From Lama glama (lineage: Eukaryota): a DNA stretch of 64,000 nucleotides. Position numbers and translations under genes: made by a program. Numbering within the stretch: position 1 is the first letter of the stretch; each line of letters begins with the position of its first letter. The notes under the pieces are model-generated. The model was not told the origin of the DNA and ran no database searches. It worked only from the letters and a program-made list of their open reading frames with translations. The DNA is taken from contig CM052816.1 of the NCBI GenBank assembly GCA_028534125.1, positions 1,798,001 to 1,862,000 of the forward strand. Reading direction: 5' to 3'. This document shows, one piece after another, positions 1 through 12,931 of the stretch.

Positions 1-1262
1 ATGCCATCCTGATGACACTCTGAAACAGAAAGAGTGTAAAAGCCCAGCCGATGTTGAGCCCAATACAAATCAACACCACAAAATCCCAGCAGAACTCAAG
101 AATCAGGGCAGCCCCTGCTCATCGGCTGCGATGGGCTGTGACCGACCTGCCCGTGTCCCTGCTGTGGCCGCGCCAAGGGCTGGCTCGCTGGACCTGCGCC
201 AAGGAAGGCAGGGTTGTCCCTCCCCTCCTCCTCCTGCCCTCCCTGTTTCTCTGAGGAAATTTAATTTTCTTCGTTGGGTTTTTTCTTCCCTGACAGTATC
301 CATTATTCTTGGTGAGGCCACAGAAAACTTCACCTCATTTCTTTTTGCTTGGGTTTCCTTACTTTTATGTGCTTAGAAGCAGAATCTGAAATCTGGTTAC
401 CATCATTCATTTGACTATTGTTTGAAAAGACAAATAGACAGGTCCTGAACCCCACTGTGTCCCATCTGTGTCTCCTCCAGCCGCAGGTCTGCTGGAATGT
501 CCTCTATCACCCGCGCAGGGTGACTTCCTATTAATATTTACCAGACGCCGTTCCCTGTCTAATCCTCTTACCCTCCAACACGTTTCAGCCCCTCGCTGCA
601 ACATAAAAACACACCACGGTAACTATGTACTTAAGAGCCTGTGTTCTTGGCCCTTGATTCTGAACTGGAGAGGAAACCAAATAATGATCAACTCATAAAA
701 TGAAATGCCCAAATTAGATTTTGTTCTTCCCAAGGCCCAGCCCCCAAGATTATGCTGACTAATGCAGCCAAAGGAGTGAAACACAGAGATTTTAGGCCCT
801 GGGGGAGAGCGTGGCCTTGACGGCAAGACAGATGGTCAGAGACCCGGGGAGGGGGGTCTGCTGGGAGGAGTTTTGCCCTGAGCCACATGCGGAATTTGTA
901 AAGCACACAAGAGGTTCTCTCATCCAATTCTACCTTAAAACCACTGGAGGAAAGCCACAGTATGTGATTTTCTAGCCTATACTTGCTACGAGAAATGGTG
1001 GCTCAGCTTTTATGGTGCTGGCCTCACGCAGCTCCAGCCTCACACTTCAGCAGAGTTGGAGGTCAAGGTCGTGGTACTGCGGCTGGCAGGGGAGCAGGGG
1101 GTGTGAAAGGAAGGGCTTGAGAGGCAGCTTCGTGTTCTGGTTTTTTATCTGAGTGCTGGTTACTTAGGGATATTCAGATTGTGCAAATTCGGTGAGCTGT
1201 CCACTCATAATATGTGCACTTTCCTGTACGTAGTTTACTCTTCAATAAAAATTTAACACACA

Positions 1263-1432
1263 TCAGTGACTTTTAGCTTTCAAGAGTCACAGAGTCCTTC
1301 AAGAATCCAGGAAAGGATAGGGACCCTCTCCCTGGGAGACTCCCAAACACCCTAAATTTTGCATCTAATGTTAGGGGTATCTTTGACTACCTCAAGTCAT
1401 AAACAGAGGAGAGTCCCACGTTAAGATCCCTG
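1263..1432. mobile_element. hAT-Charlie non-autonomous DNA transposon relic (MER117-like)
   Basis: Starts cagtg and ends gttaagatccctg; internal aaattttgcatctaatgttagggg resembles the MER117 consensus as remembered; diverged. Confidence 0.5.
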
Positions 1433-1439
1433 CCTTCCA

Positions 1440-1990
1440 GTGTTCCCTGCTTCCTCCATCATTTCCACTTAATTGCTGAGTTCCAGCCATTGCTCCTGGA
1501 GACAGGCTGCCCATCTCCATTTGCACACAGCCAGCCTGGCCCAGCTCCAGCCTCCACTGTCCCTAACCCATCCTGAGCACCACTGTTTTCACCATCAAAG
1601 GTTTCTGCTCAAAATCCTACACTGCCTTCTCTTGGCTAAGTGGCACAAAGAGGAATACCTTACCCCAGATTTGTAGAACCTCTGTCAGTGGCCCCTTTCT
1701 CACCCACCCAACCCCATTTCATACCCTTCTCCCCTCCATAACCTGCAATTTCAGTGATGTTCCCAATACACCAAGTCATTCCTGCCTCTGAACATCCCAC
1801 TTCTTCTCAGCCAGAAGTCTCTCTCCTTTTGTTGAGCTTATAAAGCATGACAACTACAATCCTGTCTTCCCCAAGGACCCTTCTTGTCGACCTCAGCAAA
1901 GAGCTCTTTGAACTCAGTGGCACTTTTCTCTCTACCTTGATTTCATTAAATGATGCTGTACCATTCATTCACTTATTCTCTTTGGAATAC
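1440..1990. mobile_element. L2 LINE fragment(s), highly diverged
   Basis: Pyrimidine-rich L2 ORF2/3'-type phrases (caccaagtcattcctgcctc, cattcattcacttatt). Confidence 0.45.
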
Positions 1991-2009
1991 CTTTTATTTT
2001 GTTTGAACT

Positions 2010-2516
2010 CTATTAACTTTCTATTGCTGTTACAACTATCACAAACAATGTGGCTTGAAACAACATACATTTATTATCCTACAGTTCTGTAGGTCAGAAG
2101 TCCAAAAAGTGTTTCTCTGGGCTAAAATCAAGATGTCAGCAGAGCTACGTTCCTTCCTGGAGGCTCTAAAAGAGAATCTATTTCCTTGCCTTTTCTAGCC
2201 TCTAGAGGATGCCTGTGCTCCTTGGCTCATGAACCCCTTTCTCCATCTCCAAGCCAGCAGCAGTGAGTCCTTTACACATCACATCACTCTGACATCCTCT
2301 TCTGCCTCTGTCTTCTTTTAAGAACCCTTGTGATTACATTGGCATATCCAGATAATCCAAGATAATCTCCTTATTTTAAGGTCAGATGATTAGCAATCTT
2401 ATTCCATCCACAACTTAAATTCTTCTTTATGTAGGGTAGGTAATACATTCACATATTCCAGGGATTAGAACGTGGGCATCTTTGGGAGGCGGGGGGCACT
2501 ATTCTGCCCAGCCACA
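2010..2516 (-). mobile_element. MaLR solo LTR (MLT1D-like)
   Basis: Typical MLT1 motifs: ttattatcctacagttctgtaggtcagaagtcc, gggctaaaatcaagatgtcagcag, ggataatccaagataatctcc, ending attctgcccagccaca. Confidence 0.85.
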
Positions 2517-2619
2517 AATTCTATAGTGCTTTCTTCTCAATATCAGATTTTATTACTTGGTCTTGTACAGTTTATTCATTCACCCATTTGTTCATTTTAT
2601 AGTAATCATCTCTTGTTCT

Positions 2620-3098
2620 GTGGTCCAGCATCCACATCCACTAACCCCTTTTAATACAGTAGCCCGAACTTCCCCTTAGGAATTGCTACCTTTCTCACTC
2701 TCAGACCATACGTCCCAGGAGAGGAAATCTCCACCCCAACTCCACCTCCGGACATAATGACTCTTTCAGGAATGAACATGTGACTCAATCAGAATCAGTG
2801 AGACATTTGACAGAATTAGTAGGAAAGAGGAACATGTTTTTGCCACTGGGATCAAATTGGAAAGATGAGAATCTGGAGATGCCAAGGAACGCCATGGAAA
2901 GCCTGAAAATAAAGCCAAAACTAGGAGAGGCAGAGCTGAGAAATGAAAACAAACTGAATATGAATGCCATCATTTGAGCTCCTGGATCAAGCCATACCTG
3001 AAGTCAGCCCCACCTCTGGGCTTTCCAGTTATGAGGGCTGTTTGTTTATGATTAAGTCACGTTAGATTAGATTTTTCTGTTACAACTAAGAGTTCTAA
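2620..3098 (+). mobile_element. Old MaLR LTR (MLT1K/L-like)
   Basis: catcatttgagctcctggatcaagccatacctgaag and terminal ttttctgttacaactaagagttctaa match old MLT1 3' halves. Confidence 0.65.
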
Positions 3099-3689
3099 GT
3101 GAAACATATTCATTTCCTCCTTTATTGAACAAGTACACACTGTACAGTTACTTTGCATTATGCACTGGAAATTGCACTGTAATATTGCTATCACGATAGA
3201 GATTATGAAAGCATTCAGCACAGACAGAGTACCTAAAGTCTGGGGACAGAGAAGAAATTGAGATGACATAGCAGCGATGAGTGGGAGTTTCCCAGGCTGA
3301 GGCTGGGGAGAGGTAATGATAAATTGTGTTGCAGTCAGAAGGAAGAGTATGTGCAAAGGCTGAGAGGCCAAAGACTCTCCGCTTGTCTTCCAAGTGTACA
3401 TCTTGCCTTTACAACCAGAACATACACACCTCAAGGGTTGTTTTTAAGTCTATCTAGATTATAAACAACACCTAGTCCAGATGACTTTCTCAACAAAACA
3501 AAAACAAAAACAAACAAAAGCTTGCTGAGTGACAAATACCTGTCCTAATATCTGAGGTAATTCAGGTCCAGATTTTCCTTTTCTTCAATGGCAGGTTGGG
3601 ACTTCCCTAGATTGAAAGTTGCCTTATAATTATAATAACAACCAGAATAAGAACAGCACCAACCAATGCTAAACTTTTGCTTCCTTACC

Positions 3690-3820
3690 ATCCATTAGGC
3701 ACTATTCTAAGTATGTTACATGTGTTATTTCATCCTCCAAACCATCCTTTGCGGTAGTTTTTATTATCACCATTTTACACATGAAGATACTGAGATAAAG
3801 AAAAGATAAACAACTTACCG
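3690..3820 (-). mobile_element. MIR SINE fragment
   Basis: MIR core in reverse: cattttacacatgaagatactgag, preceded by ggcactattctaag. Confidence 0.7.
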
Positions 3821-3822
3821 AG

Positions 3823-4330
3823 TGTGGCAGACTCTTCTGGTTGACAAAACAACAGTCACTCCTGTGTCTCTTCCCTTGCTGTCAGGACCACAGTCTTGTT
3901 CAGGGGATCCCGTCTTTCAGGGGAGTGGAGTCCTTCCAGAGGCCCAGAGGCAGGTCATAAATGTCCCAGACCAATGGTAGTCCCATTCCCATCGACAATG
4001 ATCAGAAACGTGAGGCACAATTACAGATGAAAAAACGAAGAGAAGTCTGCTAGGAATCCTTGCTGACCAGATCAAGATACAGAAGAGGCAGTCCTTTTCC
4101 ACCTCTGGACATTGTCACCCGCATGGGGTATGTGGAGCTGGGGCTGCCATCTTGGGGCCAGGAGGGGAGCCCCCTAAAAGAACAGGCCAATAGACGAAGG
4201 ATGGCAGTGTGGCAAGATGAAAAGAACCCACATCCTTAATGACGTAGCTGAGCTCCTGAACTTGCCAACTCTGGCGCTGCCCTGCCCCGTCTTCTTGTGA
4301 TATGATATGCTGCATTCCTTGTAACCTAAG
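3823..4330 (+). mobile_element. Old ERVL/MaLR LTR (LTR16/MLT1J-like)
   Basis: Starts tgtggcaga; contains ggagctggggctgccatcttg and ggatggcagtgtggcaagatgaaaagaacc...gctgagctcctgaa. Confidence 0.6.
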
Positions 4331-4423
4331 AGGCCATCAGTTGTAAGATGTACCACTGCGTTGCATCCAACTAGAAAGAAAAAGTGATGCCAAATAGACT
4401 GTGACACTATACTCATCATTAAA

Positions 4424-4657
4424 TTTTTTTTTTTACTTGCATCTGTTAATCCCAAATTCCTACTTTATCCCTCTCCCCACCTTTCCCTCTTGGTAACCAT
4501 ATATTTGTTTTCTATGTCTGTGAGTCTGTGTCTATTTTGTAAATACGTTCATTTGTCATTTTTTTTTTAGATTCCACATAAAAATGATATCATGAAATAT
4601 TTGTCTTTCTCTGTCTGACTGACTTCACTTAGTATGATCATCTCCAGGTCCATCCAT
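4424..4657 (-). mobile_element. L1 fragment (ORF2 C-terminus and start of 3' UTR), cetartiodactyl-type
   Basis: Reverse complement of L1 end: ttagattccacata...tttgtctttctctgtctgactgacttcacttagtatgatcatctccaggtccatccat; poly-T at the left end. Confidence 0.9.
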
Positions 4658-5337
4658 AGAATTTTTACATTATACTTGGTAAAAGTACACATTTAGACTT
4701 ATTTGTTCCTAGATTTTTTTTGGCCACTTATCACTCATACATTTATAGAAAATATTTATATGAAGTAAATTAGTCAAGGTATTTATTCCTAAATCTGCTC
4801 TATATTAAGAGTCTAAACTCCCCAGAATCACTTGAGTCATCGGCATTCACGTGTTTCCATATACTTTCACCCTCTGTTCCATCAAGGGCCTTAGTGATAG
4901 CGTGTTTCTCAGGAGGGAGTCCCTCTGTAATCTTTTAGTTTGGTTTCTGCTATCTGCAACCACAAGCGGCCCTTCTGATGCACCAAGGTCACCAGCATCA
5001 TGTGTGGCAGAGCTTGGATCTGAACCCAGGCATTCTGATTGCTTAGTGACTGCTGATCACTGAGACCCACAACTTTTGTTTTAGCCTAAGTGACAGATCT
5101 GATCTATTGATAGCAGCTCCCGGGAGAGTTGTGCTGAGAGGGGTTCTGAGGCCATGATCTATTACCTACGACTGCAGAGGAACCCTGAGTGCTGAGTTGT
5201 CTTGTACAAGCTACATGTTTACCTTTCCTAGATAATGATCTCAACTCTCAGCTTTAATTCAAAGCCACGGATTCCTACAGATAGAAGAGGACCAGCTTCC
5301 ACCTAAACACTTTAGGACTGATTGGCAGGACTTCCAC

Positions 5338-5460
5338 AAAGGGCCATGCAGGTTATGTGTTATGCAACTCCAGAGAATGCTATTCACATAGACTGTGGTG
5401 TAAATGGCAGCCCCTGGTTTTATGCAGTGTGCAACCCACACAACTGTACCTAGAATCTCT
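5338..5460. mobile_element. hAT-Tip100 relic (MER91-like)
   Basis: Imperfect palindrome: tgcaggttatgtgttatgcaactccag...attcacatagac...ctggttttatgcagtgtgcaacc. Confidence 0.6.
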
Positions 5461-5689
5461 TCAAATAGTGATTCTCTGTTTAAATACCATAAATACAACC
5501 TTCATAGCTAATTGCAATAATTTATTTTGGAATTTTATATCCAGTATAAAGGTCAAGTTATTTTTATGTCTAATTAAATTTCTCCTGCTTAAAATTAAAT
5601 TCTCTTCCAGAATGACACAGACTTAAGAATAACACAGAACATTCAGTCTGGCTCTGTAGGGGCTCATATTCATCAAACATAAGTCAATC

Positions 5690-5780
5690 ATTAAAAATCC
5701 TTCATGTATTTGAAGACAATAATGAAGCTCCTATTCTCATTAGCTTCTTCAAGCTAAAACAAACCCAATTTTCCTTAACA
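5690..5780 (-). mobile_element. L3/CR1 LINE fragment
   Basis: ccttcatgtatttgaagaca...cttcttcaagctaaaacaaacccaatt resembles CR1 ORF2 3' end in reverse. Confidence 0.45.
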
Positions 5781-6090
5781 AGCTATTATCATATGCCAGG
5801 AACTATGCTAAGCACTTTAATTCATGATGTCATCTCATCCTCACTGTAACTGAGCTAGCTCTGTGCCTACTCCCATTTTACAGATGAAGACTGCAGTGAC
5901 TGGGAGTGCAGGTGCTGAAGTTATACCACCTGGATCCTTGTGACCTTGGGTAAGTCACCTAGTCCCTCTGCGCTCCAGTTCGCTCACTGTGAATTGGAGA
6001 TAATAACAGTGACTACTTCATAGGATTGCCCCAATATTTACTGAATTTATCATAATGTCTGGCAATCAGTGAACATCCAACATTCTTTTG
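5780..6090. mobile_element. Two adjacent MIR fragments in opposite orientation (about 5780-5895 minus, 5935-6090 plus)
   Basis: cccattttacagatgaaga (minus core) followed by tgtgaccttgggtaagtcacct...ctgtgaattggagataataac (plus core). Confidence 0.7.
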
Positions 6091-9000
6091 CTTCTATTGG
6101 TATAGATGTATTTCCAACACCCCAGTTTAGGAAGGGACTGAGCAAGGAATCGAACTCCGGGACGCCTTCCCTGCTCTGCTCTCCTAATTCTGTCACAGGT
6201 TTGAAAAGGACCTTGGAGGCTGTGTCATCACCTCTTCATTTTGCAGACAAGAGAACTGAGCAGTCCTGGGTGGATCATTAATTATCACCGTCTTTGCTAA
6301 CCGGGAGAATCTGGCTCTCAGTAGAGTCACTGTCTCCTCTCTGCCACCTGCTACTGATTTTAATGCTTTGAACCTGATCTCCTGGGTCAAGTGTTAAGCT
6401 TCCATTTGGGATGAATGGAGAAATCTTTGTGGAAAAAAAAATGGCTAACCCATAAGAGACAGCTTGGAGTCATGTTCTTTTTTGTGGCACTACCAGAGAT
6501 GGTCCTCCCACCATGTTAGGCTGGTCAAGTTTCCAAGGATTTCCTAGGCCTGGCACCTCTGTGCAGACCTGGTACCTTGCCCAGCCTAGGAGCCAGTGCC
6601 TGCCTGGACACCCCAGAGACCCACAACAGTGACAGGGCACCATTCACTTGCCCCGGGGACTTCTTGTGTGAATTGGTGTCTCCTATTGAAAATGAAATCC
6701 CAGATAATAAATCGTCCTTAAGGACTCAGATGTCTTTAATCGAGGTTTTATCTTCTCCCCCAGGCCCAGTGACTTCTAATGAGTTCCAGTTCACATCCTG
6801 GATGAATTATTGTTGGAGGAGTGTGTGCACTCAGTGAAAATAAACTAACAGTGAGACTCGTGTTTACTCTTTAATTCACTCTATCCAAAAATAGTTTCCT
6901 TTTTAAAGGGCATTTTTCAAACAGAGAGGTGGCTGCTGATTAACCCTTTGTGCTTCATAACAAAAAAAAAAGGAGAAGAAAAAGAGAGACAGACATAAAC
7001 TCACACCCACAGTTGGATTTATGACTGTTGATTTATGGAGTAATGTGAATTGAAACGTCTGGGGCCTTTGACAATCTTCTTCCCACCCTGGGCTTCAGTT
7101 TACTCATTTACAGAATGAAGATAATAGTACACACCTACCTCTCCCAGATGTTGTGAGGATTCATGTAAGTAAACCATCTTGTTTGGCATGTAGTAGTAAA
7201 TGTTAGATTTTTTAAAAAGTTATAATTTTATAACGCTATGCAAAGTTGCATATACAATGAATTGGGGAAATCTATCCTGTTTTCCCATTGATTTGCATAA
7301 TTTCAAAGGAACTTCATCTTTTTTCTTTACTCCTCCTAGATCTATAGCAGACAATGCCTCCTATTTTTCTGCCTCCCTTCGCCTTCCATCAAATACTCAT
7401 GATCTATAAGCAAATTCTTAGATGCTCCAGGGAGCAACTGCTCAAAGGAATTCCATGCTGAAGCAAAGCAGTTGCCTATAAATTGCATAATCACCTCTTA
7501 ATGGTTTGTAAGTTGGTATACTGAATTCCCCTAAGTTCAACCCACACCATGGGGGTCACCCAACTCAATTTCCTTGGTTCCCTTGTTTGGGGCCAAAGAA
7601 GTGTAAGTGGAATTGCCTGTACTCCAAGGAAGGGAGGGATGAAGCTGACCCCTCTTCTCTCTACAGAGTAGGGCTTTTGGGTTTGTTTGTTTGTTTTCCA
7701 TAATTCCTTCCTCTTCCTGCCTTTGGAAGAGGAAAGGGCCACAGGGCAGGTCACTGCTAGTCATGGTATTGAGGGACTGGTTCGTGTGTGAGTGTGAGAA
7801 TCTGAGAGTGGGTGTTGGAGAAGGGATCTCAGCTTCTGAACTGGAGTCTGGGTCTGAGTAAAGATGGGGCCACTGATAGGAAGAGCCCCTTGTTCAAAAC
7901 AGTTGCCACCTCTCACACCAGCACCTCCTCCCCTCCCCTCATGCCCTCCACACAGGGCAGCCTTGACCCCACCTGAAGAAACCAGAAGCCAGAGGGACCC
8001 TAGTCAAGGACATCATGACATCCCCCCTCAGCTCTGAAGGGTGAGTCATCCTCCAGTACCTCCACTGATGAAAAGATGAATATGGATACGCACTCCCTCG
8101 GGGAAACGACGGAGTCTATAAATGAAGCCTCAGCCATTATTCATGGGTTTAATATCTACCTTGGTCCTGGCAGAAACTTCAGATTCTGAGGCGGCTCTCT
8201 GAGAGGAAAGCTGAGAGAGTACCAGAAAAGAAAATATTTGAGGATGTTTTTACCTAAACTCCTTTCGTGTTTATAAAATTCATAGTCGCAATTTTGGAAC
8301 CACTGTTCCTGCAAATGGTGAAAAACTCTTAATCTTTCCACATTAAGATGACGCCATCTTTTCTCTGGCTAAAACCCATCTCTTTGGGGTAATTTATTCC
8401 ACCGAATTGAAAGTTCTCCCTTCTCCCTCTCCTTCTTATCTCCCTTGGGTTGGAAGCTAAATCCCCAGGATTTTTTTCCCACCCTCCTGGCCTCTGCGGG
8501 GAAGGCATCTGCTCCAGATAATGCCTGTCATCCTGGCAGGTCCAGGCACCACCCAACGTCATAGCTGGTCTCCACTGAGATATGACGTCCCTTTGGGCTT
8601 GGATATTGGCTTCACCCTTGCCACACACCTGCTTCTAAAGTGTCCACGGCTGATGTAGCAGGATCACAGTAAAAGTAGGTTGTCCTCCCTGTGACTCAGT
8701 ACCTCCTTAGCTCTGTTGATCCTGAGGCCACAGCTACGTACAACTCATCCATACTGAAGACTCTGTCACGATGTCACCTCAAACCATATCACTGTGACCC
8801 CATGGAAGGTGCCCAGCTCTGACTTCTTAACTACATTCCTCTCCCCTATCAAGGGACATGGGGATACTTTTAGATCTCATCGATACCCCCCAGACCTGGG
8901 AGAGACTCAGAGGCAAGGTGTGCAGGAGGTATCTCAGGCCCTCACCACATAAAAATGCTCTCTCTGCTCTACTGAAGTCACTATGTTGGCATGGGGCACC

Positions 9001-10589
9001 CCGCCAACAGTAGTCTCGTCCCAGAATTTCAGATCCTGTTTTTAGATTTCCAACACATCCCCCTCCCTCATGGATTCAACGTGAAGCAGAAGGTGGGGGG
9101 CGGGGGTGAGGATAAAGGATAATTATTCCACCTTCCACCTGTCTCAGAATGTTGATGTAAATCCTCAGAGGACCCAAGGAGAAAAAGTATGCCCAGCATT
9201 AAGCATGGGGCTTGGCACCTAGAAAGCATTCCGTCAGTCTTCAAAGATGACGATCTCCCCATTAGCTAGCACAGCCTCATCAAATATTTAATTGGTCACT
9301 CAATTGACTTAATATCTCTGTGTTCTTGTCACCCAAGCCAGCGCAGTTCGTTACACACAAGGGCTCAGAAATCATTTGCTCGAGGAATGAAATCTAATCT
9401 TCTTGAAGACAAATCCTTTCCCTCCCACTGGGCTGGGAAAGAGGGAAGTACCGATAGCTCATGTGGGACCCCTAAACGGGCCAGGACATGAGCTGGCTAA
9501 AAAAGGGGCAAGTACGCACGGGCTTTCCCACCCACAATAGTCCTACTTCATGCTCTTCTGTCCAAATTATTTGTCAGGGCTCCCCTTGAAAGCAAGTGGC
9601 TGAGCTGAGCCTAGGAGATGGTTTTGAAATTGATGGGCTCAGGGAAGCCCCTTTGAATCAAAGCCTAAAGGAAGTGGGTATTGCTGAGCAAAGGCGCTCA
9701 TCTTGCCTCAGGATGGGGAGAAGTTGTGTAGGAAGGGGCACAGAATCAAGAAGTTCACACTCAGGGCTGTGCCTAGCACACAGCCGGCGCCCCGTTGGTT
9801 GAATGAATGAATGCTTCATTTCCTTCCAGGCATTCTAAACCTCACTTTTTATCCCCTCCATTTTCAGAGAGTGACCACAGTCCATGTTTTCTAGACCACA
9901 TCTTGGCTATCTTAGCTCTGAAAACCAGTGTAGCCAGAATAGCAAATGACCCAAAGAATGTGATTCATTATTGTGCATACATGGATAAATCTCCAGAGTA
10001 CCACATCCCCAGCCCTACTAGCAACTTAATCAAAAGCTGGCCGCCTTACAATACCCTGCAGTCCATTCAGTGTGGGCTTACTTCTTACTATGTGTAGGAA
10101 CCAGTAATAACAGCTTTGAGGCTGGGATGTAGGATTAAAACATAATTTCTGCCCTCAAGAAATTTATAACCTTGTTGAGAGAAAAATAAATATGGAGATA
10201 TAAATTTAGTCATGCCAGGAAACATATGTTAAATTATGTTTGAGTAATATAGTCATTTCATGCTACAGGTTTTCAAAAGAGCAGGTGATGCCTTTGAGGA
10301 CCAGAGAGGTGAGGGAAGGCTTTGTGGAGGGCCTGAGGTCGCCTGTGTCATGAGTCAGGTGCAGATGAGCAGTGGTGGTGATGGGGGGTGGGGGGGAAGT
10401 CCCAGGACAGAGAGAAGCCTGAGTCTCCACTGGCCACTTTGCTGGGGGATCCTCTGGGAAGGCAGTAGGAAGAGTCTCAGTTGATAACGAGAGTAACATG
10501 TTAGGCATTGGGCCAAGAGTTTGATGTGAATTATCTCAGAGAACCCTCTCAACAATCCCCAGGACGGCACGGCAGTTAGTGCTGGGGTA

Positions 10590-11010
10590 TCCCCTTCTTG
10601 CTTCCTCACAGGACTTCAGTTTTGTTTGAGGCAGTAATTTGTCCAGTTAAAATACCTGATATCCAAGATTCCTCTGCAGGTAGGGTTGGTCATCCCAGCA
10701 TCACTGTGGCCAATGAATTCTAAGATGGAGTCACTAGGTGGGGCTCTCCAGAAAGCTCTTCAAAGGGGAACAGACACAGCTGGCCTCTTGCCATTGTGTC
10801 TGGAACCAGAATAGTCGCCTTGTAGCCCTGGATGCCAGGGCTGCAAGACTGAAGGAGCCTGGGTCTTTGATGAGTTCTTTGAGCAATGGTACCAACCTCA
10901 GAATGCCTACCTCTGAACTACTTCTTCCATGAGAAAAAAAAAAGAAGCCTTTATTTGGTTAAGCCACTGCCCTCTGACCTCTGTTCCTGGCAGCAGAATG
11001 CAATCTTAAC
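10590..11010 (+). mobile_element. Old ERVL/MaLR LTR (LTR16/MLT1J-like), apparently inserted in a MIR
   Basis: ggccaatgaattctaag, gaaggagcctgggtctttgatga, ttaagccactg and terminal gcagcagaatgcaatcttaac; MIR-like sequence on both sides. Confidence 0.65.
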
Positions 11011-12024
11011 ACAAGCAGGGAGGTGATATTAATATCGTGTTTACAGACTAGGAATCCAGCCTTCCAAAGTGTCTCTACTCTTAAGTAGTAAATTCCACAA
11101 ATTCAGAGAGATACAGAACAAGGCTGGTTGACTCAAACTATACTGAGAATGTGTGAAACTACTCCAGAATCACATAAAAAGTAAGTTTAAAGAAAGCAAG
11201 CAACCCTTTAGCACGTTTTTAACCTCTCAAGTAGCCCTCACACTGTCTACCTTTTGTTAGATTGTGGTAGGTGTCACTCTCCCCCAGCACATTGCTCTGG
11301 AACACCCTGGAAGGCAGGACCAGGGCTAGTCACGCGGGTAGCACCATCTTCTCTCCCATTCCCTTGATGTTTGGCTCAGGCTAAGTAGGCACCCTTGAAG
11401 GACTGGCTGGGTTGAGTTTTAAAAAAATCACTCGGGATAATAACAGCTCCGGAGAAAGCCCGTTACCTTGCGTGCAGACGTGCATGGTGGTGCTGGTGCG
11501 TGCTTGAGGGACATGTGTCTGGATGCCTGAGAGGGAGCGCCAGAGGAGGGATGATTTTTTTATTGCTGTCAAATCCCATCCTCCCTGCTCCTGGATCCTA
11601 CAGCCCTACAGTGACAGCACCAATGATTACATTAGCGATAACTAAACTTTTGTGCAGGACCTGAAAATTTAATTTCCTTGTGGGAAGCTGTAGAGAACTA
11701 AGCTTATTCAGAGCCAAGAACCCATGAACTTTCCCAGAAAAAGAAGACCGAGTACCACATACAGCCCTTGGCCTCTAGATTTTCTTGAAAAATTTAAAAA
11801 GGCACCAGCTCATTTTTGAATGCTTCCTTTTAGAAAGAGCTCCAGATCTTGTTCCTCTGTACCTGCCCTACATCAGTGGGCGAGAAGACATGAGTAACCC
11901 TTGAGAAACACCTTCTTCAGTTCAACTTATTCCATGATTGTGACTTTCTTTTCTCCATTGTTTACAGTAGTAGAACTCTATCAATTATTTTTTCTCAAGG
12001 TGCTTGGATGGTCAAGACCCTGGT

Positions 12025-12235
12025 GATATTTACTGAGTGCTCATCATGTGCCAGGCACTGTGTGAAAAGTATCTGCATGCTCTAAACTCACGGAATTCGC
12101 CCACTTTGAAGAGTAAGAAACTGAGGCACAAAGAAGACAAACAACTTGCCTAACGTCACTCAGCTAAGAAGTGGCAGAGGTGGGATTCAAATCAAGCAGT
12201 GCAGCCACAAAGCCCAAGATCTTAACTCCATCACC
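12025..12235 (-). mobile_element. MIR SINE
   Basis: atttactgagtgctcatcatgtgccaggcactg...gaaactgaggcac...gctaagaagtggcagaggtgggattcaaa. Confidence 0.85.
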
Positions 12236-12431
12236 ATATGGACTGGTAAGTCTGGAACCCACCACCTGGTGCCTGAGTGTATCATGTTCTGAATGCAATC
12301 ACCACCTCTGATCAACTTAAGGAAAAAAGAAAGGTAGAGGGTGAGGAGAAGGGCATATTTCCCATCACCAGTAGATTTGAGGGGCTGAGTCCCAGGGAGA
12401 GTCTGGTCATCCCAGCCTTGGTCCTTAATGA

Positions 12432-12931
12432 NNNNNNNNNNNNNNNNNNNNNNNNNNNNNNNNNNNNNNNNNNNNNNNNNNNNNNNNNNNNNNNNNNNNN
12501 NNNNNNNNNNNNNNNNNNNNNNNNNNNNNNNNNNNNNNNNNNNNNNNNNNNNNNNNNNNNNNNNNNNNNNNNNNNNNNNNNNNNNNNNNNNNNNNNNNNN
12601 NNNNNNNNNNNNNNNNNNNNNNNNNNNNNNNNNNNNNNNNNNNNNNNNNNNNNNNNNNNNNNNNNNNNNNNNNNNNNNNNNNNNNNNNNNNNNNNNNNNN
12701 NNNNNNNNNNNNNNNNNNNNNNNNNNNNNNNNNNNNNNNNNNNNNNNNNNNNNNNNNNNNNNNNNNNNNNNNNNNNNNNNNNNNNNNNNNNNNNNNNNNN
12801 NNNNNNNNNNNNNNNNNNNNNNNNNNNNNNNNNNNNNNNNNNNNNNNNNNNNNNNNNNNNNNNNNNNNNNNNNNNNNNNNNNNNNNNNNNNNNNNNNNNN
12901 NNNNNNNNNNNNNNNNNNNNNNNNNNNNNNN
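12432..12931. other. Assembly gap (500 N)
   Basis: Run of N. Confidence 1.
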
